Assembly: GCF_009914755.1 (NCBI RefSeq)
Contig: NC_060947.1
DNA length: 64,000 bases
Reading direction: 5' to 3' (one strand)
Source of the DNA: the human T2T-CHM13v2.0 reference genome, Homo sapiens
Positions 1 through 14,220 of this stretch are shown one piece after another (position 1 is the first letter of the stretch; the number at the start of each line of letters is the position of its first letter). The notes under the pieces are model-generated. The model had not been told where the DNA came from. It worked only from the letters and a program-made list of their open reading frames with translations, and made no database searches. Made by a program: the position numbers and the translations under genes.

Positions 1-1289
1 TCAGAAGTTTATTATGACAATCTACAAGATAGGTGGTATCAAAGAAGTCACAAAGACCTCTACCTCTTGTCATAACTCACGTGGTAAATCCACAGTGCCC
101 CAGAAACCTAGGATCCATTATTTGAGAAACATAACTAACAAATTCCAACGGGTGAATCCTGCCAACAAAGCTAATTCTTTGCATGTACAAGTAAATCAGC
201 CATCTGAATTTTATCTGCAAGTTCACTTGATTTCATAGGTTTCTATTTACAAACGAACAAAGGAATGTCATCTATCATCCATCAGGGTCAACATACATTT
301 TGTACACACGTGACAAATATTTGGCCCTGCTCTAATGGGAAAGTGACGGGATAGATCATCTGTGCTTATTGGCAGGACTGGTAAAATTTACTGGCAGCAG
401 GAAGAATTCCTAACCAATATGCAAAGTATCTCCATTTATGGACAAGATGGCTTTATCAAGCAGTAGCAGGGAGGACTGGCTAAGAGGAAAGCCAAAGCCT
501 CCTTTTAAGCTGCCTAACTCCACGCTACAAATCTCAGTCAGTGTGAAAATTAAAATCATATTTGATTTAAATAACATTCGATTTCGGTGTAGGAAGAGTG
601 GGAACACCCTACATGTTGAAATAATGAGAGGACACATTAATTACTATCTTTTGAAGAATGACTGGGGGTACTGAAGGACTGAAGAAGAGTTTCTTTGACT
701 ACTTTAAACACTCTTCTAAAGCAATAAAACATGCATAATATTAAAATACAGCAAATTTACGTTTCTGTAATTCTTGTTTACCTGTCTTCTTCAAATGCTA
801 ATGAGCAAGGATTATTCAGTTTACAAATGCATCCAAGGCCATGTTCAAAGACCAGTGGAGTCAGATCACATATGCAGAGCTCTGCCATTTTGGAAGTCAC
901 TGGACGTTAATGCCCTGCCTGTTAATGGTTTTGCTCCTATGCAGAGGTGGTGCAGAATACCTTTGGTGACTTTATAAGCAGCACTTCTGTTAAGTTCCTT
1001 CCTGTCTAGGTGCTTTAGCTTTCTGGGAGACCATCACTGTCATTTGAAGTCTATGAATTTAGTAATCTATAGATTTAGGGTGAGTTACAGCTAATAGAAC
1101 TGTGATTCCCTGTGCTTGAAAAACATCCAGGTCGCTTCTTTACTTATTTATGTGACTTTTGAGGGAGGGTGACCGTCTTTATTTTGTTATCAGGTTCAGT
1201 TAGACAGAATCTCAAAGGCATTAAGGACCAGACACCTTTTTTATTATCTCAGAATTTCAGCAGAGGGAGGGGCGACAACTGTGGTATCC

Positions 1290-1590
1290 TGGAAGGCACA
1301 CTGGAGTGGGAGATGAGAGAGCTGCTTTACCTATACTACTAACATCTTTAACCAAGGTCAATCACTTTTCTCTCTAGTAGGCAATTCTCTTAATTGCAAA
1401 ATGAAAGGCTCAGGGATATGGGGAAGGAAGTAAGTTTACTTTTATTGAGAGTTTTCCATGTACTACTGGACACTACAAAAATTCTTTAACATATTATTGT
1501 ATTTGGTCTTTACAACTACCCTAAAAGCTAGATACTAGAGTTCTTTCAGTTTTACGGAGGAGAAAACTGAGGCTTACAGAAATTAGACAT
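1290..1590. mobile_element. Two degraded MIR fragments in opposite orientations
   Basis: MIR core-like words (caatcacttttctctct...tgcaaaatg; ttttacggaggagaaaactgaggctta). Confidence 0.5.
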
Positions 1591-2449
1591 TTTAAATAGT
1601 CCTCAGCAGAGCCCTAGGAGTCCATAAAGGTGCCTCTGTACCCCTCAATGTAGTGAGAGGGTAGATGCCTTGACGACCAATTTCAATCAAACCTACTGTG
1701 TTTTCATACATTATATATGTTGGATTTCCATGTATGTTTTTCTTTGTACTTTATATTCTGATGCTAGAAAGATATTTAAAAATTTTTAGTAATCTCAAAG
1801 ATCTTGTCTGCCATCAATATAACATTCAACATCCAGTCATCACAAGAAAATACTACAAGGTAGACATCTGCTGGGCTTTCTCATTAGAGATCATCAGTTT
1901 CTCACATGAATTTGAAATCATCCATGTTTTTCTTCCTCCTAGTATAGAAACCAACATTCTGAGCTTTCCATATCTTATGCTGTTTTGAATTCTACACAGA
2001 AAGCCAGGTTGACCTGGCCTGGGTAAAATGCTCATAGGAAATGGCTGGAAGAGTTTGTTTCTTAGACCTGGTTATCCTGGGCAAAGCAAAAGTTCAGGGT
2101 GAAGTCAGGACTGTCCTCAATTCTCTGTCACTTCAAGCAGAGATGAGCTATTAGGCTTGCCCCACTTAGATGAGGCCTGGACAATCTCCAATTTCCCAGC
2201 TAATTAGGCAGCCCCTACTGCCCTGTGGAAGTTTCCAATACTGCATACTGTCATAAATATGAGTAAAGCACCATATCTTGGCTGTGAAATCACTCAAAAT
2301 TACAGTTTGGTTTCATTTTAGCACTCTTTGCCATCCATCTCTGTCCAAGTTTATTCCTAAAGACAATGTAATAATAAAATCTCATAAAAGAATGAGATTT
2401 AAAGCTACCCAATCTGCACTAAAATGCTTTCCTGATCAATAAGGCTTTT

Positions 2450-2650
2450 TTTCATTCATTCATTCATTTCTTTATTCATTTATTTTCTATTATGTGCAGG
2501 CAGTGAATTAAATGCTGAAAATGAAAAGATGAACAGCAAACACATGGTTCCTGCCCTTAAGAGGCTCACAGTCTTGTAAGAGACATGCATGCACGAGTAA
2601 GAATAAGTCAGGGAGATGAAGGTAATTATCCAGGTATGTTCAAGGTACAC
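2450..2650 (-). mobile_element. L2 3' end fragment
   Basis: (ttca)n tail followed by atggttcctgcccttaagaggctcacagtct, typical of the L2 3' end in antisense. Confidence 0.65.
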
Positions 2651-2701
2651 TGGTAAGGACCAAAGGACCAAATGGCTCTGAGCAGCCCTCTAAGAAGATT
2701 C

Positions 2702-3670
2702 TTTTTTTAAAAAATTATACCCTAAGTTCTGGGATACATGTGCAGAACGTGCAGGTTTGTTACATAGGTATACACGTGCCATGGTGGTTTGCTGCACCCA
2801 TCATCCCGTCATCTACATTAGGTATTTCTCCTGATGCTGTCCCTCCCCTAGCCCCCCACCCCAAGACAGGCCCTGGTGTGTGATGTTCCCCTCCCTGTGT
2901 CCATGTGTTCTCATTGTTCAATTCCCACTTATGAGTGAGAACATGTGCTGTTTTTCTGTTCCTGTATTAGTTTGCTGAGAATGATAGTTTCCAGCTTCAT
3001 CCATATCCCTGCAAAGGACATGAACTCATCCTTTTTTATGGCTGCATAGTATTCCATGGTGTATATATGCCACATTTTCTTTATCCAGTCTATCATTGAT
3101 GGGCATTTGGGTTGGTTCCAAGTCTTTGATATTGTGAATAGTGCTGCAATAAACATACGTGTGCATGTGTCTTTATTGCAGAATGATTTATAATCCTTTG
3201 GGTATATACCCAGTAATGGGATTCCTGGGTCAAATGGTATTTCTGGTTCTTGATCCTTGAGGAATTGCCACACTGTTTTCTACAATGGTTGAACTAATTT
3301 ACACTTCTGCACAGCAAAAGAAACTATCATCAGAGTGAACGGGCAACCTACAGAATGGGAGAACATTTTTGAAATCTATCCGTCTGACAAAGGGCTAATA
3401 TCTGGAATCTACAAAGAACTCAAACAAATTTACAAGAAAAAAACAAACAACCCCATCAAAAACTGGGCAAAGGATACGAACAGACCCTTCACAAGAGAAG
3501 ACATTTATGTGGCCAACAAACGTGTGAACAAAAGCTCATTGTCACTAGTCATTAGAAAAGTGCAAATCAAAACCACAATGAGATATCATCTCATGCCAGT
3601 TAGAGTGGTGATCATTAAAAAGTCAGGAAACAACAGATGCTGCAGAGGATGTGGAGAAATAGGAACACTT
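2702..3670 (-). mobile_element. 5'-truncated, 5'-inverted L1PA (about L1PA7/8)
   Basis: poly-T and L1 3'UTR/ORF2 C-terminus on minus (2702-3305; ORF 2929-3273 [16 protein letters not shown]). The adjacent upstream ORF2 segment is on plus (3306-3670; QPTEWENIF...TTMRYHL). Confidence 0.93.
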
Positions 3671-4027
3671 ACAATAAGGCTTAAAAAATTTAGACAAACA
3701 AAACCACACAACATTACAAGTTGTAGTTTACAGCAAAGCTGGGAACGTGACCTGGAGCAGAATAGATGTATTAATTCTTCCAAGAAGTCAGAGCACTATG
3801 CCATCAGGGGCACCATTGTCTTTGTGACCCTCAAATTGTATCATGGCCCTAGATGCTTCTGTCTTCTCCATCATCTCTGGGCCCTGCACCCTGGGTAAAG
3901 GGGTGAGGAATAAGAGCCACCTGGTTGGGCTTTGGCCATAATCCCTTGCTGTTGGTGTTTTGTAGTCTCCAGGGCAGTATGGCACCCATGTCTTCCCCTC
4001 CTATTTCTCCAATAAATTTTTATTGAT

Positions 4028-4180
4028 GAGGAACTATTTTTGGGTGATAGATGTGTTCACTATATCTTGATTGTGATGATGATTTTACAGGTGTATAAAC
4101 ATGTAAAGACTCATCATATTGCATACTTGAAATATGAGCAGTTTGTTTTAAGTGAATTAGACCTCAATAAAGCTGTTAGA
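4028..4180 (+). mobile_element. Old L1M (L1MC/ME) 3' end
   Basis: gggtgatagatgtgttcactatatcttgattgtgatgatg...ctcaataaagctgtt. Confidence 0.7.
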
Positions 4181-4266
4181 ATGTTTATCGGGTGCTTCCC
4201 CTGTGTCAGTCACTGTGTTTGATGCTGGAAGTACAATGATGAATAATACCTCATGGTCTGCACCAA

Positions 4267-4341
4267 GTTTGATTGAACCATATCAAATTGCTTTTTGTAT
4301 AGGTTAAAAATGAGCAAATATTGGCAATGGTTCAACCTAAT
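4267..4341. mobile_element. MADE2-like mariner MITE
   Basis: About 75 bp with inverted termini ttgaaccat...atggttcaacctaa. Confidence 0.65.
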
Positions 4342-5739
4342 TTAACAATGATATATACTTGTACTGTCACTTTGAGATAGGCAGTGTGGGTATTAATACC
4401 ATTTTATAGGTAAGAAAATTGGGGCTCAAACAGGTAAGGTTAATTTTTGCCACCCGTTATTAGAGTAGTCTGGCCTGAGGACACGAAGAAGGCCAACTTA
4501 TACAAGGCTGGACATATAGAGCACTGATTGTTCCAATTTCTATATTCCTAGTAGCCCTTGGAGGTGCTGCTCCTGTGGCAACTATGAAGCCGGTGGGTCC
4601 TAAGGACCTGTTTGCTTTTCCTTGTTGACATATGGGTCCTTGCTGAGCTAGTCTTATGTGCTCTGGGTCTGTCTATGGGTCTCAGACACTTGCCTCCCTT
4701 TGCTACAACCTCACCTATCTTTTTGGTTTTTGGTTTCTACTCACAACTTGCTTTTTTACCTATTTCCAAGTAAACTTCCTTGACCTCTGACTTCCATATT
4801 CCAATGGTTTGGCTATGGTTTTCCTACCCAATAGTGAATCTTACCTTCTAACTAGAAATAGCACCTTCAAGGTCAGGGGCTAGAGGGCCCTGAGGAAGTC
4901 ACAGTATTTTTAAAAAATATTTTCTGAGTTCACACAGCAATTCTTTCCATCAGTGAATGTTTATATTTTACCTATTATTGTTGAGTTACTTTTCATGAAA
5001 TGGGTATAACAAGTGTACCTAATTCATGGAGTTATTACAAGGATAAAATGAGAAAAACCACGCAGACAACTTAGAAAAGGGCCTGGTCCATAATTAGTAG
5101 TCAATAATGTTAGCTATTATTCTTATCCACATAGCATTAGATTAAATTGTTGATTTATGTTCATAGCAGTTTAGATCTGATAGGATTAGAGACACAACAG
5201 ACGTGGATACAGTAAAACTACTACCTGCAAGGAGCTTGCAATTTATTATCTAATTTTAATATAAGACATATTATGATAATTAACATTTAAAAAGCAAAAT
5301 ATGCTACAACAAAGGTGGAATTCCAAGTTAGGGATGGGGGACTGGGAAAAACTTTATAGAGAATGTGGCATTTGAAGTGGTCTTTAAAGGAAAAATCAGA
5401 CTTTGACACGAGAGATGGGCAAGAATGGAGTGGCTATGAAGGGTCAAGGAAATGACATGGGCAAAGGCAGAGAGGTGAAAAAGTATTCCTGGGCATTTGG
5501 AGGGAAGGCAACTTGCTGTGGTGTTCCTACAGGTATCATAAAAAGGGAAACTATAAAGGTAGTCTAAGACCAGGCTTCCAGTAGATTTTGGTGTAGAGGT
5601 ATTATAAGTACCTGTCAAGATCACTTTGTATATCCCGAGCCCAGTGTTAGAAGCAACTGGATGTGGTGCTTTTTCACAACTGGTGATGAAACTGATTCAA
5701 AAGCTGATTGCAATAAGTGACACTAAAATTTGCTTGTCT

Positions 5740-6230
5740 GTGAACCAACTGATAGGATGCAATGAGAAGAACATGGCATTGTTTCTGTAGTATCTCTACC
5801 AAATATGTATAAACTGAATCTAACAATGAGAAAACATCAGAAAACCCCAGATCGAAGGGCATTCTACAAAGTAACTATCCTAGCCTGGAGTATTCAAAAG
5901 TATCAAGATCTTGAAAGTCAAAGACAGGCTAAGGAATGTATAGAGGGAGATTGGATACGCATAACAACTAAATATAACACATGATTCTGAACTAGGTCCT
6001 TTCACTATAAAGGACACTGTTGTGATGATTGGTGAAGTTTGAATGAGTTCTAAGAATTATACTGTATTTACATATAAATATTAATTTCCTGATTTTGATG
6101 GGCACGTTGTGATTATATCAGGCTGGCAACTTACTGTCACATGATTTGGAGAGGAGAAAAGCCCCTTGCATTGTACTTGAAGTGTTTCTGTAATTCTGGA
6201 TTGTTTCAAAAAATATATAAAATTATCCAA
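5740..6230 (+). mobile_element. L1MC/L1MD 3'UTR fragment
   Basis: gatgcaatgagaagaacatggcat...tgaatctaacaatgagaaaacatcaga...aaatattaatttcctgattttgat. Confidence 0.7.
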
Positions 6231-6414
6231 GTGGGTTTCTCAAGGGAAAGATAAAAGTACAATGAAGTTAAAAAGTTATCTTTTCAAAAAAAATTGCTGG
6301 TGACTGGCTGCCATGGTTTCCTGGAGGGTCCCCTTAGATTGCCAGCCAACTGTGTGCAGGATGTGTCTCTACGAATTTGGTCCAGGGAGGCCAGCATGGC
6401 AGAGGCTGCTGTGC

Positions 6415-6645
6415 TTTTTAAAAATTAAAATATTATTGATACACAATAATTGTACGTATGTATGGGCTACATGTGATATTTTGATACATGCATATAATAC
6501 GTAATGATCACATTGGGTAATTGGGGTATCTATCACCTCATTTCTTTGTTTTGGGAATATCCAAAATCTTCTCTTTAGCTATTTGAAACACAGCTATTTG
6601 GAAAAAAAGAGATTTTGAAATAGCTAGAAGAAAAGATTTGGAATG
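6415..6645 (-). mobile_element. Short L1MA 3' end with a terminal fold-back
   Basis: aataattgtacgtatgtatgggctacatgtgatattttgatacatgcatataat is the L1MA 3' end in antisense. Its last 33 bp are repeated inverted. Confidence 0.75.
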
Positions 6646-7315
6646 CTTTGCCCTTTGAGGGACTACACACAAAGAAGCAGTATCGGGAATTCTCTTCTGC
6701 TTTGGACACTTCAGTTACATATTGTAAACTTTCATCCCCTCATCTTGCTCTAAGACATAGAGGGCAGAAAGAAATAAGAATGTGACCCAATAACAATATT
6801 CTAATCGACACATGGGCTACTCTTCCTCTGCTTGTAAGAAACATTAGCAGGTGTATTTATACCCTACCTTATATGTTTTGATTGGCCCTATGGGAACCTA
6901 GACAATAGTTTATCTTGCCACTCCTTTTTACCCCAGCATAATCAGAAACAAGCTCTGAATCAATAGTTGAAATGCACAGGGATCATATACTTTAAGTAAG
7001 GTTTCAGTGAGCTAATTCCTCCTTCAGCATGGCTAGGGATTGCCAATATTTAAAAACCTGCCACAATGGATATAAAATTTAGAACATTGTCTATTCTCAC
7101 CCCACACCCCAATCACTGCCAATGCTGCTCCCACTGCCACTACCACCACTACGACCTGCCACCTAAACTGTGGCAGCATCTTTCTAAAAAGCCCAAAGCT
7201 CAAGAGGTGTGCTACCTTGCCCAGAAGGCTGAACCACCTCCTAGTATTTCAAGAGCCAATGATTAAATTCCTCAGTCAGTTGCCTGTTAAGCACTTTGAA
7301 TCATTTACGGTCACA

Positions 7316-7317
<2 letters not shown>

Positions 7318-7358
<41 letters not shown>
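7318..7358. repeat. (TG)n microsatellite, about 20 units
   Basis: Direct reading. Confidence 0.97.
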
Positions 7359-7362
<4 letters not shown>

Positions 7363-7860
7363 ACTGTGTGCCAGGCATCATGCCATGTGCTTTACATGTA
7401 TTAGTTCAATTGATTTTCATAAAATCCTATTAGGTGGGTGCTACTTTTGTTTTTAATTTTATAGGTAGGAATGCTGAAATTTGGAGAAGGAAAGTGCTCA
7501 AGGTCACACATCTCTTAAGTTGCAAAGCTAGGATTCAAACCCACACACCAAAGCCAAGTTCTCCACCACTTTGCTATACTGTCTTCCAGGCCATTTGATC
7601 TTATAAACTAAAAATTAGACACATATCCAAAAACCTCAGTCTGGCTTGGAGTGTCAAGTCAGACTGTCATCTGCTAGCGAGACCTTGGGCAAGTTACTTC
7701 AAGTCTCTAAGCTTCAATGAACTTACCTGCAAAAATAGTGATAATAGCATTGCCTCTCTCATAAGGGATATTGAGGTGAAATGAATTTATGTATGTTAAG
7801 CATTTAGAACAACACCAGGCACATAGTAAGTACTGAATACATGATGCTATTACTATTACA
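7359..7860. mobile_element. Two MIR elements (minus 7359-7580, plus 7640-7860)
   Basis: aaggtcacacatct...ggattcaaaccca; gaccttgggcaagttactt...aggcacatagtaagtact. Confidence 0.75.
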
Positions 7861-8479
7861 TAAATTTGAGTGTGCCATGGCAAATATTGTGTCCTCTGAA
7901 ATAGTACCCAGACAATGACAGTCCATCAGACTCTCATTATCCCATTATGCAGACATTACTTTTGCTCTCAATATTAGCATAATGAATTTAGAAATTCTGC
8001 TCTAGTCATAGGTGGTCTGCTATGAAACTAGAGGAATTTTGTTTTTCTTTTAAATTATTTAATTGACAAGTATTATGGAGAAACTCCTACCTGTCTCAGC
8101 ACTGTACTAAGAGTGAGAGTATTACATACGAAGTAAGGGATAGTTGCCCTGCCTTCATGAAGGCAACAGTCCAGCCAGAGAGACTAGCATGGAGGAAATA
8201 ACAATGAGGAATGCTGGACAACACATAATTAAGTGCCAAGTGGTATGATATTTATTTGAAGGGACATGAAAGTTCAATAGGCAGGGAAGAGGTGAATTGG
8301 AATCAATATTCACATTAGAGCCAATTGATGAGAATATTCACTCCTAAAACATGCAGCAGAATTGACTGCTTGAGTGCTAACCAAAGCTAGAGTCGGCCTG
8401 GCCTGGTAGTCATTGAGACAGATGTCATCTAGCTAGTCCCCCATGTTTCTTAGCAACCCCTCATTCCCTCTCATGACTG

Positions 8480-8990
8480 TTTTCTAGCCAGCCGCTCTCA
8501 CTATGTATCCCCTTACTCTGTGTTCTGTTTCTTTATAGTACTTATCACTACCTGACTTAATCATATATTTACTAGTTTTGTGTCTTGTCTATTTCTACCA
8601 TTGGATTGTCAGATTTTTTATAGCAGGAACTTTCTTGCCTTCATTCCTCAACCCCCAGCCCCCACAAGAGTGCCTAGAACCTATAGATGCTCAATAAATA
8701 TTCTTTTGGGCAAAGGATGAACTTCTCACCATAATGCTCTCTTCAGCTTTCTTTTTTGTTCTAAGGCCAAGGCTACCCCAATATTGAAGCCACAGTTAGC
8801 TGCCATAGAAAATAATGGTTATTGGTGATTGAGCCTTACTATATGCCAGGCTGTATAATGTGGTGCACGCAACCATCTCATGAAGTAGATAATGTTATTA
8901 TTCCCATCTTACCAATGCAGCAACTGAGGCCCAAAGGTGTTGTATAACTTGCTCAGGTTCACATACTTAAGAAATGAGTGAGCTGTAATA
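8480..8990. mobile_element. L2 3' end (plus, to about 8705) followed by MIR (minus)
   Basis: gtgcctagaacctatagatgctcaataaata; aactgaggcccaaagg...aacttgctcagg. Confidence 0.6.
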
Positions 8991-9775
8991 AAGATTGACT
9001 ACATACCTTATGCTCTCTGGCTTTATATCTTATGCCGAATTCTAGTGGTTTGGGGACATGCCCAGAATTTGAGGCACAGAAATAGACCCTTGAAAAGGTA
9101 GGGGTGGAGGAAGGTGAGAGAGTTGGTGGATAGGTGTTATAGTTTGAATTGTGTTCTTTCTCCCTCAAAGACCATTGTCCCTTACAAGGAAACCTGCGGA
9201 GACTTCACAGATTATGTGGTCTTGCCAAGGTCAATGTTGCCCTAAGCTATCCCAAATCTTTGTACGTGGATAAACTTCAGAAAATCCCACAAAGCTATAT
9301 CCCTCACACATCATATGTTGGTGGCACTGCTTGAGAGAAAAAGTTGGAAACAGTTGGACACTTAAGGAGAAGACACCTTCTTACTCTCTGCAGTGTCTGC
9401 TGCAGGGTATTCATTCCATCGTCCTTTAACCCTCTGGCACAGAGGCTGATATTAAAAGCTGGTAATGAAGACAGGAGCCTGCCAGGAATGGTAAATGTCA
9501 GGGAGTCACTATTATAGGTCTTTTCACAGTAAAGTAATGGGGGCTCAGGACCAATTTTATAAAAAATGACAAGAGAAAATGTTTATGCCACCTCCATACC
9601 AACAGACCTACTCAGGGTCTTTCACAGACCTACTGAAGGTCTTTTTGCCAACTCCATACTCACAGACCTACTAAGGGTCTTCCAGAACAGCAATTTGTGT
9701 TCTGGACATAACTCCCTTGTCATGACAACAGGAAGCTTTCCTCATGACTGGGGTTAGTGTTTGATTTCTCTAACA

Positions 9776-10281
<506 letters not shown>

Positions 10282-11734
10282 GTGTGTAACATAAAATGGC
10301 TGGTATTTTGCTGCCCGTGGAAATAATGTTATTGTTTCCAAAGCTTTGGTGTCCGATCTTTTCTGGGAAATGTCATGTCAGGGCTCACATTATCATTATT
10401 ATTATTGCTCTGTATATTCAAACAGACAAGAGAAATGAATTGATCTATATTGTTACTCTTTTTTAGGGCTCCAAATTACCAACACTAAACTAAAGCGATG
10501 CCAACCTATGACCCTTTAATTATTTTCCCTAGAATATATTGGCTCATAAATTTTGTGATAAAGAACAAAGAAGAAATTGCCTTACACAGTGTTTCCCTCA
10601 GTGATGAAATGGCATTGATAAAAGAGGACTAGACTCTGTGTCTGAAGCCCTGGCTTCTTGTCTCTGTCTCTGGCCCCGGCCCTGACAAGCCCAGTAACCC
10701 CTCACAGTCATTTCATTTCTCTGATGTGACAATTCCTTCCTTACCTACTTCGTGTGATTGTCATGAGAGTAAACTAAAAAGACCAAGATAAGAAATGTAA
10801 AGGCATTTCATACAAAGTTAAATTGAAGCTAAATTCCGCTTTATTAGAGAGATTATTGTCACAGATATATTTCTCCAAAGAAGCCAGAAAGATGAGAGGA
10901 ATGTTTTTCTGCATAGACAGAAATGTTACAACTGAACACAGCGCTGAATCCTCACAATCTAAGGGGACCAGGACAGGAGAGGGCAAAGGGCTGCAGATGA
11001 AGCAGGGGCAGTTTCAAGCCTTCCCGTTAGACTGGCTGGTTGTTGTGTCATTTATATCTAAATTTATTCCTTTCACTTTTAGTTGCTTCCCGGCAAGTTT
11101 ATTGGAAAGAACAGGTGCTCATTATTGAATTTCGTTGTTTATTTTCCCCCAGATCTATTAAATCAGTACCAAGCAGTCAGAATTCTCTAACACTAAAGCA
11201 AGTGATTTATTTATGTGTAGTTATCTATTGCTTCTTGCTTGATAGGCTTCATTTCTATGTTAAAAACATAGAGCCCTTTAAAAGTTTAATTTTGCTGCAA
11301 AAAGAAAAGTGACAAAATAAGCTATGTAGGAGGATGTGGATGGGAGTAAAGGGGAGCAACTCTCTGGCTGACAAGTCTAAATGTCAATGCTTTCTAAAAA
11401 ATACACAAAAATATATAGAGTCTGAACATGGACTAAGAGACCAGACTTCCAGAAATCCTCATAGGGAACTCTTGTTTAGGTTTAGGCCTAAGATGAATGT
11501 GGGAGATTTGGTGCAAGGGAAAGAGCAGTGGGGTCAGGAAGCCAGCTTTGAGTCCAGGATCTGCCACTAACTTGCTATGTGATAATAGCTAAGTTACTCA
11601 CTCTTGGCCTTTGTCTTCTGATTTGTATTATGAAGGGATGTAATTTGATGTGCTCCAAAGCTCTTTCTCCACTCATTTTCTACAAAATAAGAATTCAGTC
11701 ACATGACACATAAACCAATAGTTCCTACTACAGA

Positions 11735-12950
11735 TCTCATCATTCATTCGTTCAGGAAATATTTATTGAGATGCTACTATATGAGCTAGGCACTGAGAAT
11801 ACAGTGGTAGACAAAGACAGCCTCAGGTCCTTAACTTCTTGTGTCCCATAGCGTAGAGACAATCTCTTTCTTCCCTTGAATCAGAGAAGCAGGAGGGCTT
11901 CTATACCATCATTCTTCAATTGTTATTTCAGTCCATTTTTTTGAACAGTACAAATTTTACCTGAGTTATAAGACAATATTGACCTGATCAAAAATCAGAC
12001 TTTGTTGTGGTAATGAGCATAAAGTTTGAGTGTGCATGTGGAAGATGTTTTTGATTTAAAGAATATTACTAGAGGCTAGGGTTTCCAGTCTGAGGGCAAG
12101 AGTTGCCAAGCTTTTAGATCTTGATGACTCAGGCATTGTAAGTAACCTTGCAACCTCACCAGAAGCCTGACTCCAACTGGCTCTACCTATAGCCTGGGTC
12201 AGGAGGGGTGGGATTCCTAGCCAATTTGCCTGGAAAGAGGAGGGAGAGGTTTCAGCAGGCTCTCCAGAGAAAGGGCCACAGCCTAGAGCTTCACAAGGCA
12301 TAGGACATGAAATAAATGGCTACATTAGCATAGAAGTCTCCAAAAGTTTGCAATGGCTAGGAAAGTAGGTAGGGAATGGAAAGAAAAAAGATCAGGAACA
12401 GCTGTCTGGGTTCATAATAGACAAGAACAGCCATGCTGGGGCTACTACATAGTTGTGAAAGTTGAAAATTAATTCACTGACATTTGCTTGTTGAGTGCCT
12501 AATTTGCACGACATACTTTGCTACATTCTGGAGATACAGAGGTGAGTTGGACTTGACCTGTGCCCTCCACAAGCTTACAGTCCAGTGAAGACGACAGATG
12601 AATAAACAGCTAATTAGAATACATGCCTGAACTCTGTGAGGACAGTGTTATAGTGTGTTACATTAACTGCTGTTTCCCCAGTTCAATACATGACCTGGCA
12701 CAACAGATTGTTAGAGACCAGACAAAGGGTGATGATGGCTGAGCGAGAGAAAAATGGAAGAGGAAGGATCAGTGAGATATTAAGAAGGGAGACTAGACCA
12801 CACTTGGTAACGGATCGGAAGTAAAGTCAGGGGGGAAGTGTCAGGGATAACCTTCAGCCTTCAAACAGGCAACTAAGTGGATAGTGATGCCATTCACTGA
12901 GGGGAAAACTCAGGAGTTTGAACCAAGTACAGAAACTGAGGAATAAGGGG
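11735..12950 (-). mobile_element. L2 fragments (11735-11860, 12480-12950)
   Basis: cattcattcgttcaggaaatatttattgag; aactaagtggatagtgatgccattcactga. Confidence 0.55.
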
Positions 12951-14220
12951 TGGGAGCCTAGTAAGGCACAACTTGCTGTGAAACTCTGAAGTCACAAAGG
13001 AGCTGATTGTGGTACTGATCTTTCTGTTTCCAGCTTTGTTTCTACCCCAGGATATCTGTTTGTGTACCATATCCTGAGAAAAAGATAACTATTCTTTTTG
13101 AAGAGTAGGTAGAAACTGGGAATGGTCTGCAGTCTGACACTGCAGTGAGAGCTAACTGCAGTGAGAGTTAAATCAGGGAGGGTGCAGTAAGTGAAGTCCA
13201 GTTCCTCCTTCTTCAGGGATTCCAATGCTTAAGTAATGTCCTGAGACATTTAAAATGATAAGGAAGAAAATCTACGTGGGAATATTTCACCCGTCAATTC
13301 CATAGTTCAGCTCACAGATATGGGTATAGGGTTTGCCTTTCATCTATAAAGCCTTACCTTATTTGTGACTCCATGAAATTTTGAGATTCTCCCTCTCTTA
13401 AAGGCTCCTTTATAGAACCATTATGGCAACTAAGTTCAGGCAGAATGGAGCCACATACCCAAACATTATGCTAGGTAGAAGGATGAAAAATTAGCATATT
13501 ACTAGTGAAAAGTGCTTCTGTCTGGAATTTCTTCTTGATGGGTTCCTTAGGAACATATTTTTGTGATATTGTTAGTTGAAACTGATGGCTATAGCACAAT
13601 ACTCAGTATGTATTTGTATGTGGGGTGGAAGAGTTTTGTTGGCATATTTTGGCATAGAAGTTTAGTATAATTTAAATTGAAAATTTTGTACAAAGGCAAC
13701 CATCGGGAGGGAGTCAAGTGTAGAAGGAACACTGCACTGGGAGTCAGGAGCCCTTTATTTAGTTTTATCTTTGTTTCTATCTAGCTATGTGACCCTAAGC
13801 AAATCTCTTTCTTTCTGTGTATCTCAGTTTCCCCAGCTATAAAATATGGAAGTTGGACTAAATGGGCTTTGTTCTTTTCAGCTCTGAGGTTCTAGAAAAG
13901 TGAACTGAGAAGAAAACTACTATGACACAACTACTATGAACTACTGTGAGATAAATCAAGAGTAAATAACTACTCTGGTCAACGGCTTCATTGCATAACT
14001 CTTTGAAAAGGCAGTAACTGGTAGATGAAAAGATAATTAAAACAGCTTATAATTTTAATTAATTATGTTCCTATCCTAGAAATTAATCTGATGCATTTTC
14101 TACCTACAGAGCTGGATTAAGGAGCCAAATTGCAATTCTGAGAAGTAAAGAGCTCTACGTTTTGTGAGAGAACATCAATTGGCTTTAGGTTAACCCAAGT
14201 ACTCACTTGGGGGTTTCCGC

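Noticed and set aside
3652-4011. 13-bp inverted match tggagaaatagga / tcctatttctcca near the L1 inversion end
   Set aside because: A single short match 330 bp away with no other sign of flank inversion; may be chance.
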